This document shows, in pieces, positions 1-8,774 of a stretch of DNA of 64,000 nucleotides; position 1 is the stretch's first letter; every line of letters starts with the position of its first letter. A program made the translations under genes and the position numbers. Source of the stretch: an uncultured virus (IMG/VR IMGVR_UViG_2690315780_000001) (Duplodnaviria; Heunggongvirae; Uroviricota; Caudoviricetes); the IMG/VR virus record IMGVR_UViG_2690315780_000001, positions 1 to 64,000 of that record. One strand, given 5' to 3'. Below the pieces are notes generated by a model that saw nothing but the letters and a program-made list of their open reading frames with translations, had not been told where the DNA came from and did not search any database.

Positions 1-378
1 ATATCCTCGATATTTGAATTAATATTTAGAAAATCTATAACATAATATTATTCATTATCATAATATAGAACAAAAAACCAGATAATAAATATAAAATCAT
101 CTTTAATATTTCAAGTGATTTTACAATAAGAATCAATCATATTTTAATATATTTATCGATGAGTAATCGAAGATGTGACGAAATAAAAAAATAATAACAA
201 TTAAAATAATAAACATATGAAAGTTTATTCATTAAAAATAAAGTGTATTAAATTCAATTTAAAATCAAAACATTACAAAATACCAAAAGTAATTTTTTAT
301 TTTGTTGAGTTTTTATAATTAAAAATTATAATTATTCACAAACCAAAAAGTACTTTATTAATAAATATTAATTTTTAG

Positions 379-1092
379 ATGAGAGAAAATATGAAACTTA
401 ACAATTCAGTTTTGCATGAAATCTTAAACCAAAAAGGAATCCTTCATTTTTACCATGCAAACACCGTTGCTACCTCCATTACTTTTATTGAGCAGGGCGG
501 TTTATTAGCTCGTGGTGATGTTGAACGAGAAAATCTAATCCAAACTATACAAGTATCAGATGACGATGATAAACTATTTGATGTTTGGGATGATGTTTTT
601 ATTGATATTGTTGATTTACACGGTTTTTTCCCTAGGCAAAATCTTTATGGCCCTATTTTATTTAAATTTAATATTGATCTTTTGTTAGATGATAATTTAA
701 ATATTTATGTCACAAAAAATAATCCTATATATTGGAATTTACAGCTATCAGAAGAAGAAAAATATTTTCAAGATGCCGATGAACTTGAAAAAAACTGGGA
801 TAATTATCCTCTACAACAAAAAATGTTTACCATTAGAAAACCTGGCAATCCAGTCCTTTTTGACTATCTTGAAGAAATTATTGTAGACGATCCACAAGTT
901 ATTATTTACGAAAATATAAACCTTTATCAAGAGGCTTTGAATGCATTGAAAAAAACAACTGAACATATTCCTGAATTACAGAAAAAAATAAAAACAAGAG
1001 TATGTTCAAATTGTTATTGCCAATCAAATTACTTTAAACAAATACCACATAGTGACTTAAGACGACTCTTTTTGCCATTTCAACATCCTTAA
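379..1092 (+). CDS. DarT/DUF4433-like ADP-ribosyltransferase-fold protein (putative); start may be 391
   Basis: N-terminal FYHANTVATSITFIEQGGLLAR resembles the DarT 'YHxT...GGLLS' motif; C-terminal CxxCxC; AT-rich; opposite strand to the tail genes. Confidence 0.45.
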   Translation: MRENMKLNNSVLHEILNQKGILHFYHANTVATSITFIEQGGLLARGDVERENLIQTIQVSDDDDKLFDVWDDVFIDIVDLHGFFPRQNLYGPILFKFNIDLLLDDNLNIYVTKNNPIYWNLQLSEEEKYFQDADELEKNWDNYPLQQKMFTIRKPGNPVLFDYLEEIIVDDPQVIIYENINLYQEALNALKKTTEHIPELQKKIKTRVCSNCYCQSNYFKQIPHSDLRRLFLPFQHP

Positions 1093-1221
1093 TTCAACTT
1101 GGTTTAAATGATTATAAGTTTATTTTATAGAATAAAGATAAGGATCAGAAAATGTAGATAATAATTATACTGACTTAATAAATTACATCTTTAAAATACT
1201 ATATGGTTTTTATTACATAAA

Positions 1222-1884
1222 TTAACTAGTTAACTTATACTTCTCCCCACCATACTCCCTCACATCAATATAAAAATACTGCTTACCTAATGAGGTGGTT
1301 GACATTTGTCCTGAAACTATCATGGAATGAGGGATAATTCGATTACCTCGCCCACAAAGAGTTACTCTAATCGTTTTTCCTCCCATCGAATCCATCATAC
1401 CAATATGCCCAATTGTTGTGATTAATACCGCACAAGGAAAACCGACATCCACGCCACTCCAATTATTTCCTGTAAGCACAAAGTTATTTCCCTCTAATAA
1501 ATTAAGTGGTCTTTGACTTGAAGCGTGTGTAATAACACCTTTATGATAGATTTGAATTCCCCATTTTTGAGGATGAAGTGAAATATGATAAGAAGACTTC
1601 ACAAATACATAAAGCTCATATTCTGCTGAATTACCTTGAATAGTATCAATTAAATTCACACACCACGCATTGTTCTCATAAATTACTTCAGATAATCCAC
1701 CTAATGATGGATTAGAAGAATTAAGAACTCGAATAAAAATAAGTGGCACTGCGTTATTATTACCTTCGATAATTTTAATTAGCCCCGGCTTAGTTTTTAT
1801 CTTTTTTAAAAATACGGCTGATTCATAAGGTGTTAATTCTTCGGTAATACCCTGATTAAAAAATAATGCACCATATTTACTCAT
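1222..1884 (-). CDS. Tail tip/fibre-associated protein (two 'YG..' beta repeats, DUF6453-like)
   Basis: Downstream of J; MSKYGALF and KWGIQIY repeats; similar to 46580-47269. Confidence 0.6.
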   Translation of the reverse strand: MSKYGALFFNQGITEELTPYESAVFLKKIKTKPGLIKIIEGNNNAVPLIFIRVLNSSNPSLGGLSEVIYENNAWCVNLIDTIQGNSAEYELYVFVKSSYHISLHPQKWGIQIYHKGVITHASSQRPLNLLEGNNFVLTGNNWSGVDVGFPCAVLITTIGHIGMMDSMGGKTIRVTLCGRGNRIIPHSMIVSGQMSTTSLGKQYFYIDVREYGGEKYKLTS

Positions 1885-2144
1885 TTAATTAGTACCATAA
1901 TAATTCCATTAATCGATTGACTACCACGTAAAGAATTCCACGAGATTTTATTATTCTCGACTCTAACAGTGAAATAAGATCCTCGATTTCTAGCGACAAT
2001 ATAGGCGGCCAATGACCGCCCTTTAGGAATATTATTATAAGTTTTACTGCCATTTTGAGTGACCGCTATTTGGTCAAAAATAAACGAACGCCCTGTGATT
2101 TTTATTGGCTTTCCTTTTTCATATATCTCTATTCCCCACGACAT
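1881..2144 (-). CDS. Small tail-tip-associated protein
   Basis: MSWGIEIY start typical of post-J genes; overlaps both neighbours. Confidence 0.6.
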   Translation of the reverse strand: MSWGIEIYEKGKPIKITGRSFIFDQIAVTQNGSKTYNNIPKGRSLAAYIVARNRGSYFTVRVENNKISWNSLRGSQSINGIIMVLIK

Positions 2145-2380
2145 GAGAAATCCTCTACGACATCAGGAGATATCCATCCTCCTAAGAATTTAAATCCTAA
2201 TTGAGGTACAGCATGATAAAGAGGCCCTTTAATGGTTTCTCGTTTTTTATCAAACTTCACCAATACAGGTTGTTGATAGTGAAATGTTTTTATTTGATAA
2301 ACACCTTGACAATCGACTTTCTTATATCCAGAGGTACACCCTGACAATAATAATGCTGTAATTAAAACAATAAACTTCAT
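2129..2380 (-). CDS. cor: Cor-like superinfection-exclusion lipoprotein
   Basis: Lipobox LLSGC, two further Cys, W near the C-terminus, 83 aa, directly downstream of J as in phi80/N15/HK022. Confidence 0.6.
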   Translation of the reverse strand: MKFIVLITALLLSGCTSGYKKVDCQGVYQIKTFHYQQPVLVKFDKKRETIKGPLYHAVPQLGFKFLGGWISPDVVEDFSCRGE

Positions 2381-2383
2381 ACG

Positions 2384-5300
2384 CTACCCTAAATAACCTA
2401 TTTTTGCCGCTAACTGATTGTTTTCATCGTAAACATAAATAGTATTATTCGTGATCACTAACCGCCCTTTTGTTCCTCCTGAGTTTATATCTAACCGTCC
2501 ACGAAATACTGCATCATTTAATTCCACATTCCCTGTTGTGGCATCAATATTAAATCCTTTCTTGCCCGCTAAATAATTAGTGGATGTGATTTTTTTACCT
2601 ACCGATAATTTATCAATGGTTGCCTTGCTAAATAACGCATCATTGAAAAAAGCTTGTCCATTTTGGATCACAAACGGTGTCACCACTTTGCCGTTTAATG
2701 ACGATATCACCGCAAAGTTTTGGGCATTAACCAGAAATTGACTATTTCCTTGTGCATTAAACCCTAAGCCAATGCCAGTAATGACTTTATTCCCTTTGCT
2801 ATCCTGCTGGACTTTCATTGTCCATGATGCCGAAATTTTGCCATTTATGTCTGTGACCACTTTCGAAGTTTGTTCGATTTTAGCTGAACTTGTACCCACT
2901 TGGCTTTCTAAGCGAGTGACTTGCTGGGCGGTAGAGGTCACCTTACCTGAAACCTCGGTCACTTTAGTTTCAAGTTGGCTTACCGCATTCGCCGTTGCAT
3001 TGGCTTTCTGTTCGCTGGACTTAGGTACGTCATTCGCCACAAACCCTTTCGGTGCCACCGATTGCTTGTTGTTGGTATAAGTGCTGGTGATGATTTGATG
3101 GTTAACACTTTTATGCTTAGTGAGTTGGTATTTAGCGCCTCCCCGTAAATAGATATATTCCACAGAGCCATTCGTTAATTGAGCGGGTCCCATCACAGGA
3201 GATTGATTTGTCCATTTCCAATCAAAATTATCAATGATGCGGTTTTCAGATTGTGTTCCCCATCCAGAACCACTCACTTGCCACTCCACAATCATGGCAA
3301 AGCCTTTAGTGCTGTGAGTCGCATAACTGGGTTTATTATCTGAATATTGCCCTAAGGTTCTAAAAACCTTAAAGGCATAACGTCGAGAGGTTACTAAAGG
3401 CAAAATAACCGGATAATAGGTGTTCTCATTGAGTTTAGATAAATCTAAATCCACCACCACAGACTCCGTTAAATCGGCTTTCACTTTATCTAATTTGCTG
3501 GATAACGTTTGTACCTGAGAGGTTGCGGACGTCACTTTGCCATCGATATTCGATACTCGCGTATTTAATGCATTTACCGCACTACTATCAGCTTTCCCCT
3601 TAAGATTTGAATTGAGCGTTGAAATCTCTTGCGTTTGGGCTTGCTGTTTTGAGGTGAGGGTTTCTAATGATTTATTAATCGCGGAAACATTCCCATTCAT
3701 CCGTGTTTCCAATGATTGTCTGGCTTTCGCTTCCGTTTGGTCGCCAGTAACACGCGCTTGTTTCTCGGCGGAGATAAGTCCTGCGGTGACTTTCGATAAA
3801 TCATTGCCAGTATAATCACCACGAAGTTGTGTAGCTAAGAATTGGCGTTGTTGTGCCTCCGCTTTATCAGCTTCAGCGCGAGCTTGTTGCTCTTGGTTAA
3901 TTACCGCTCCTCGTGCAACTTGCTCCGCTAAAATCGCATCATGGTTTGCTTTCACTTGCGTGTTTAACTCAACAACAGCTGATTGGTCAGCTTTGCTGTT
4001 AATTTCACCCAATAGATCTTGTGCGAGTTGATCTCGGCTAATTTGCCCCGCTAATTCCTCAAGAATTAAATCCGTTTGAGAAGAGCAAGTACCCGAAGCT
4101 TCCACAAACGGTGATTTGCCATAGCTGTTGATTGTTCGAACATAAAAATAATACGTATGCCCTGCTTTTAAATTCTCTTGCGTCCAGAAATTCCCTTGGC
4201 CAACTTTATTTGTTTTGGTGATCACTTCATTTTCAGAAAGATCAGCGAGCTTTTCCTCACTAAACCAAAACTCAAAGGTATAACCAAAGACAGCACTATC
4301 ACCTTGTTTCGGTGCAATGGTCAGATTAAATAAGCCAGAGGTAACATCAATATGCTCAGGAGGCGGTGGCGCTTGAATGGCAAAATCACTGATAACGGGA
4401 GCAGACATCGCGCCAGCCACATTTGTTGCTCTAACTTCAACACGATAAGTTCCTCGCGCTAATCCGTTAATATCAACACGTTCAGCTGGTACCTGAATAG
4501 ATTGAATAACGTTGCCTTCTTGAAGAATAGTAACGGTGTTATAGCGCACATCAGACGCCACATTCTGCCAAGAAAGCGTACCTTGTATGATGTCACTGAC
4601 GGCAAGTGGAACAAAGGTAAGATTAATCGGTGAAGCAACACCACCAGCGGGTAAACTCACAAAGGGCGGACGCTCAAACGGTTTGCTAATCACATCCTCA
4701 TATAAATAGGCACCATCCTCTTCCAACGTTAAAGCCACACCGTCTAATGCATGAAAAGACCATTCGGCAATACGGAATTCCAGCCCACTAATCCCCAAAG
4801 AAGGTAATGCTAAAAGCACAACTTCCCCCGGGCGATAAGCATAGCCGTCTAAGTTCATGGTCAATTGAACCCGTCTTCCGGCTTTCTTTTTGCGGAGATA
4901 TTGGCGGGCTAATCGTTGGGCTTGATAAGGGCTGGTAACAAAACGATAGTCGATATTCTCCCGAATTTCTAAGCCATCCTCTTTCACCCATTCGTCCACA
5001 ATCACAGGCGTGAAATCCGTTTTTGTGTATAACTGTTCGGCATCAATAAACGTGCCATACACTGCATTTGTGGCATCTTTTAAGCCTGTTTCAGGGGTAC
5101 AAGTGACGGTGCCAATCAATTGTGATTCGGTAATGGTTTTTATTGCCGGCCCATAGTAAGCACCGATTTGGATACCGTGTTTTCCTGCGGTGAATGTCGG
5201 TTCGGCATTAATGCATTTGTGCATCGCTTCCAAAATACTGGATGGACTCTCATTTAAATCATAGGCGCCATTAAGGGTATATCGCGACTCAAATCCGCCT

Positions 5301-6046
5301 TCTGGTAGACTCACTTTTTCATCACATAAATCGGCTGCCTGTTTAAAGCTGTCAAAATCAATATCTGTATCAGGCACTTTTAAATAATGGCGGTAATAAT
5401 CCAAAATCACTAAGGCCCCATTATTACTCCACTCGATTTGCCCAGTGCGAGGATCAAACAGATGTTTTCCCCAGACTTCACATTTCACATTGGGTAATCC
5501 ATAAGGGAATTTTTCTTGGTCAAACGTGAGTGTCACACGTAACCACGCCATACCTCGACCAATCATATCCTCTTTCCATGACGGGCAATTTTTAAGCATA
5601 AAGGGATCGGCATTTTCCCTATCGTTATGTAATTCCCATGAGGCTTTATCACCAAACGTCTCAATGAGATCATCACCCAACCAGATCTTCCCAATTTTCT
5701 CTATGGGGTGTCCAGCAAGTGCCAATGCCAGTGTGATTTTTTCATTTTCATCTTGTTCGCCAGTTTCTTCCTCTGCGAAGAAAAGCAAACCCGATATCAC
5801 TGTTTTTCCGACGATCACGGTTTCAGGCGCAGACGATGAACGTAACATCTGTTTGCGTTCACTGGTATCTCGATAATTCATAGAGGGAAGTTTCGGCTTA
5901 AAGATAAGCGAACCCGCGACTTGAACCGCAACGCCTGCTGCCATCAGTGCCATGCCCATCGCCGAGGTGACACCTCCGGTAAACAGCCCCGCAATCATTA
6001 AGCCCGCACCCACGACTTTTGAAATTAATCCACCACTCCCACCCAT
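2384..6046 (-). CDS. Tail tip / host-specificity protein J (central fibre)
   Basis: About 1220 aa; FN3-like NLKAGHTYYFYVRTIN, coiled coils, C-terminal SQFLVNAQNFAV...PFVIQNGQAFFN. Confidence 0.9.
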   Translation of the reverse strand: MGGSGGLISKVVGAGLMIAGLFTGGVTSAMGMALMAAGVAVQVAGSLIFKPKLPSMNYRDTSERKQMLRSSSAPETVIVGKTVISGLLFFAEEETGEQDENEKITLALALAGHPIEKIGKIWLGDDLIETFGDKASWELHNDRENADPFMLKNCPSWKEDMIGRGMAWLRVTLTFDQEKFPYGLPNVKCEVWGKHLFDPRTGQIEWSNNGALVILDYYRHYLKVPDTDIDFDSFKQAADLCDEKVSLPEGGFESRYTLNGAYDLNESPSSILEAMHKCINAEPTFTAGKHGIQIGAYYGPAIKTITESQLIGTVTCTPETGLKDATNAVYGTFIDAEQLYTKTDFTPVIVDEWVKEDGLEIRENIDYRFVTSPYQAQRLARQYLRKKKAGRRVQLTMNLDGYAYRPGEVVLLALPSLGISGLEFRIAEWSFHALDGVALTLEEDGAYLYEDVISKPFERPPFVSLPAGGVASPINLTFVPLAVSDIIQGTLSWQNVASDVRYNTVTILQEGNVIQSIQVPAERVDINGLARGTYRVEVRATNVAGAMSAPVISDFAIQAPPPPEHIDVTSGLFNLTIAPKQGDSAVFGYTFEFWFSEEKLADLSENEVITKTNKVGQGNFWTQENLKAGHTYYFYVRTINSYGKSPFVEASGTCSSQTDLILEELAGQISRDQLAQDLLGEINSKADQSAVVELNTQVKANHDAILAEQVARGAVINQEQQARAEADKAEAQQRQFLATQLRGDYTGNDLSKVTAGLISAEKQARVTGDQTEAKARQSLETRMNGNVSAINKSLETLTSKQQAQTQEISTLNSNLKGKADSSAVNALNTRVSNIDGKVTSATSQVQTLSSKLDKVKADLTESVVVDLDLSKLNENTYYPVILPLVTSRRYAFKVFRTLGQYSDNKPSYATHSTKGFAMIVEWQVSGSGWGTQSENRIIDNFDWKWTNQSPVMGPAQLTNGSVEYIYLRGGAKYQLTKHKSVNHQIITSTYTNNKQSVAPKGFVANDVPKSSEQKANATANAVSQLETKVTEVSGKVTSTAQQVTRLESQVGTSSAKIEQTSKVVTDINGKISASWTMKVQQDSKGNKVITGIGLGFNAQGNSQFLVNAQNFAVISSLNGKVVTPFVIQNGQAFFNDALFSKATIDKLSVGKKITSTNYLAGKKGFNIDATTGNVELNDAVFRGRLDINSGGTKGRLVITNNTIYVYDENNQLAAKIGYLG

Positions 6047-6444
6047 TATTCCACTCTCCACGCTTTGATTGGGTTAATCTGCACTGGCTTCACGCCTTGT
6101 GGGGTTACGCCCCAATAATACCCCGCCCAAACCACGGCTAAACTGTCACCGTCCTCACCTTTAAACAGTACGAGGTCGCCACGCTGAACGCGCTCAATCT
6201 CAATGGATTTGAAATAGCGTGATACGGCTTTCTCTAATGTGCCAAATTTAGATTTGAGCAGGTTGAAGGCTTCGGCTTTGGTTTTATAGTGATTGAGATA
6301 AGGCTTTATCGGAGAGAAACCACATTGTGCGTAAATACATTCAGAGGCAAAAATACAACAATCAAATTTGCCCCATGAAAAAGGGCGACTCATGGCCGCC
6401 CTTATGGTTTCGGGTAATTTAAGTGTCCAGTTCGGTTGTTTCAT
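6046..6444 (-). CDS. NlpC/P60-like tail assembly protein (DUF6950-like)
   Basis: PFSWGKFDCCIFA and QRGDLV motifs; lies just before J. Confidence 0.75.
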   Translation of the reverse strand: MKQPNWTLKLPETIRAAMSRPFSWGKFDCCIFASECIYAQCGFSPIKPYLNHYKTKAEAFNLLKSKFGTLEKAVSRYFKSIEIERVQRGDLVLFKGEDGDSLAVVWAGYYWGVTPQGVKPVQINPIKAWRVE

Positions 6445-6501
6445 ATACTGACCTTAAATAGCAAAAAACCTCAATTAAGAGGCATGGTGAAATTCAGGCA
6501 A

Positions 6502-6525
6502 TAAAAAACCCACCGAAGTGGGTTA
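6502..6525. terminator. Intrinsic terminator downstream of doc
   Basis: aaaaaACCCACcgaaGTGGGTt hairpin with a U-tract on the minus strand. Confidence 0.7.
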
Positions 6526-6542
6526 GTTTCAATTGCGTAATA

Positions 6543-7031
6543 TCAGATATTTTTTAATTTGATTACACCACAACATAGTTTACCGAAATCAGGATTACAT
6601 AATTCTACTGTGTCATAAGTCCTAGACCAATGACACAGCCAATTCTCAAGATCCTCACAACTATAATCTTTAGTGGCTAAACCAGATGCAATATCAACCA
6701 TATCATCACTTGGTGCAGTAAGCTCATAACCATTTATCAATAAAAAAACATAACCACACATCATGGCTGTTCTTTTATTAGCATTCGCGAATGGATGGTT
6801 TTGGATAAGGCTTTCAATAAGAACAGAGGATAGTCTAAACATATCCTCTGTTTGTTCGTAATATCTTATTACGCTAGGTCTGGCTTGTGACGATTCTAGA
6901 TTGCTTTGATTTAAAACTTGGATTGGCTCATCTGGCGTTTGTGCTTTAATAAGAACTTCATTGATATAAATTATGTCATCAACAGATAAGTAATTCACGC
7001 CGTCAAGATGATAACCAAACTCCCTAGACAT
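6543..7031 (-). CDS. doc: Doc-family Fic toxin
   Basis: HPFANANKRTA Doc-type Fic motif; LESSQARP helix. Confidence 0.9.
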   Translation of the reverse strand: MSREFGYHLDGVNYLSVDDIIYINEVLIKAQTPDEPIQVLNQSNLESSQARPSVIRYYEQTEDMFRLSSVLIESLIQNHPFANANKRTAMMCGYVFLLINGYELTAPSDDMVDIASGLATKDYSCEDLENWLCHWSRTYDTVELCNPDFGKLCCGVIKLKNI

Positions 7032-7034
7032 CTA

Positions 7035-7214
7035 TCACACCTTAGATAATTTATCCATAGCAGTCTCATAACGCTCAAAGCCAAGACTGAAAGCATTTTT
7101 CACTTGATCTTTGTGTGAGCAATTATATCCAACTACTGCTCTAGGAGACGCAACTTTACTTTTGTCACGAGGCGGTATATCTAAACGACTAGCCTTTCTC
7201 AGTGCGTGACTCAT
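7035..7214 (-). CDS. Putative 59-aa antitoxin (not in the ORF track)
   Basis: MSHALRKASRLDIPPRDKSKVASPRAVVGYNCSHKDQVKNAFSLGFERYETAMDKLSKV*; GAGGG RBS; stop codon 3 nt before the doc ATG. Confidence 0.7.
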   Translation of the reverse strand: MSHALRKASRLDIPPRDKSKVASPRAVVGYNCSHKDQVKNAFSLGFERYETAMDKLSKV

Positions 7215-7596
7215 ATAAATACCCTCTTACCAGGATCTCTGGCATATATACAAAATAGACGATTTTGAGGTTATTGCAATTACTCTGCATGTAAAAAATC
7301 ACCCACACTGTTAGTGGGTACTGGATTATTTTTTGTGAACCTTTTCGACCAGTGGCCTATTCATAATAGAGTCATCTTGTCGCCATTACAACCCAGATTT
7401 ATCAACTAAAGCTTGTTTTTTTGCGGTTATAAAGGTATATGAATGTAGTTTTTGGCATCAATTACCTATCTATACTCCCAACGCTGATATCTTCTAACAA
7501 GGATAAATTTAGCTCTTTCATGAAACAACAAAGGGCACAGTTCCTCTTGTTTATGCAATAAAAACCCACAAAAGTGGGTTTAACAAGACAATAAGA

Positions 7597-8178
7597 TTAT
7601 TTATAAATAAATGCAGGTGCATCTTTCTTGCTGCCCCAATAAATTGCCCGTTCAGCCATTTGAGCGACATAGCGAAAGATGCGATCACCTTGTCTTCGAG
7701 ATGACCACGATTCATCGGTGAATCGATCGGGTAACCCGATTGACCATCGCTCGAATCGATTAGAAACATTAACACATACGGCATTTTCTTCGCCAGACAC
7801 CACATTGATAGATGTGATTTGTCCGACAAATAAGACTTCAGCAAGAAGCGGTTTCCCCTCTTCGCCGATGGCAACCATCATCAACCGGACTTCGCGTCCT
7901 CGACTTTGCTCATTCATCACCATACCCACCAGCGATTTATCAAAACCCGTTAATTTAAGCTGTAATTGTGGAGGACTGGTTGTCTTATTCTCTTTTAGCT
8001 GACTGATTTCACCTAAACTTCCTACACCTAAATAGGTTTCACCCGCAATAATCAGTTGCCCAACACCGGTATGCGCACAGGTGACGCCTGATTTCAAATC
8101 GAGTCTGGCGGCTAAAACGATATAAGCCCCCTCATTAATCGCGTTCACCATGGCATCAGAAAATGGATGATATTGCAT
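7597..8178 (-). CDS. Minor tail protein (gpL-equivalent)
   Basis: GETYLGVGSLGEI and RFTDESW...GDRIFRYV motifs; position in the tail module. Confidence 0.75.
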   Translation of the reverse strand: MQYHPFSDAMVNAINEGAYIVLAARLDLKSGVTCAHTGVGQLIIAGETYLGVGSLGEISQLKENKTTSPPQLQLKLTGFDKSLVGMVMNEQSRGREVRLMMVAIGEEGKPLLAEVLFVGQITSINVVSGEENAVCVNVSNRFERWSIGLPDRFTDESWSSRRQGDRIFRYVAQMAERAIYWGSKKDAPAFIYK

Positions 8179-8774
8179 TAGTACAACACCTCCTCAAAAG
8201 ATAACGTGATATTGGTATACCCCAAGCGACGATGCTGAAATTTCCCCTGTTCATTATCAACAAGCCGAAAAACTCCAAAAGGACGCTCAACCTCAAGCAT
8301 TTCATTAACAGTAGGTGACGTTCTTAACATCGGCGAAATAAGAATAATGGCACGTCCTTGATTATCACTGACCACATCCGCCACCACCATTTTGAGTTCA
8401 TTACCCACAGTTAAGCGATCCCCTTGCTGTAACACGCGCATATTGCGCTTCCAGTCCTTTGTTTCTAGCCGATTACCTAATTGGCTTGGTATTGCAATAC
8501 GAGGCGAACCATATCCATAACGCCCTTTTCTTATCCAACTGGTTATCTTGACTCGCCCCGACATCCCATCCAATGAAGCCACCAGCGCTTCTAACTGGCG
8601 CGATTTCTCTTCATTTAAATTATTGAATGTCAGCTCACAACGCCAACGACTTCCCGGAAAGCGCACCGTTTGGCTACTTCCATTAAACGGCGAGGTAAAG
8701 GTTTTGCTGTTACTCAATAATTGCCAGTTTTCCTGTGTGGGGATCACCTCTTTTGGCCATTCAAGAATAGACAT
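8178..8774 (-). CDS. Distal tail-like protein
   Basis: FTSPFNGSSQTV..PGSRW; directly after the tape measure gene. Confidence 0.75.
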   Translation of the reverse strand: MSILEWPKEVIPTQENWQLLSNSKTFTSPFNGSSQTVRFPGSRWRCELTFNNLNEEKSRQLEALVASLDGMSGRVKITSWIRKGRYGYGSPRIAIPSQLGNRLETKDWKRNMRVLQQGDRLTVGNELKMVVADVVSDNQGRAIILISPMLRTSPTVNEMLEVERPFGVFRLVDNEQGKFQHRRLGYTNITLSFEEVLY

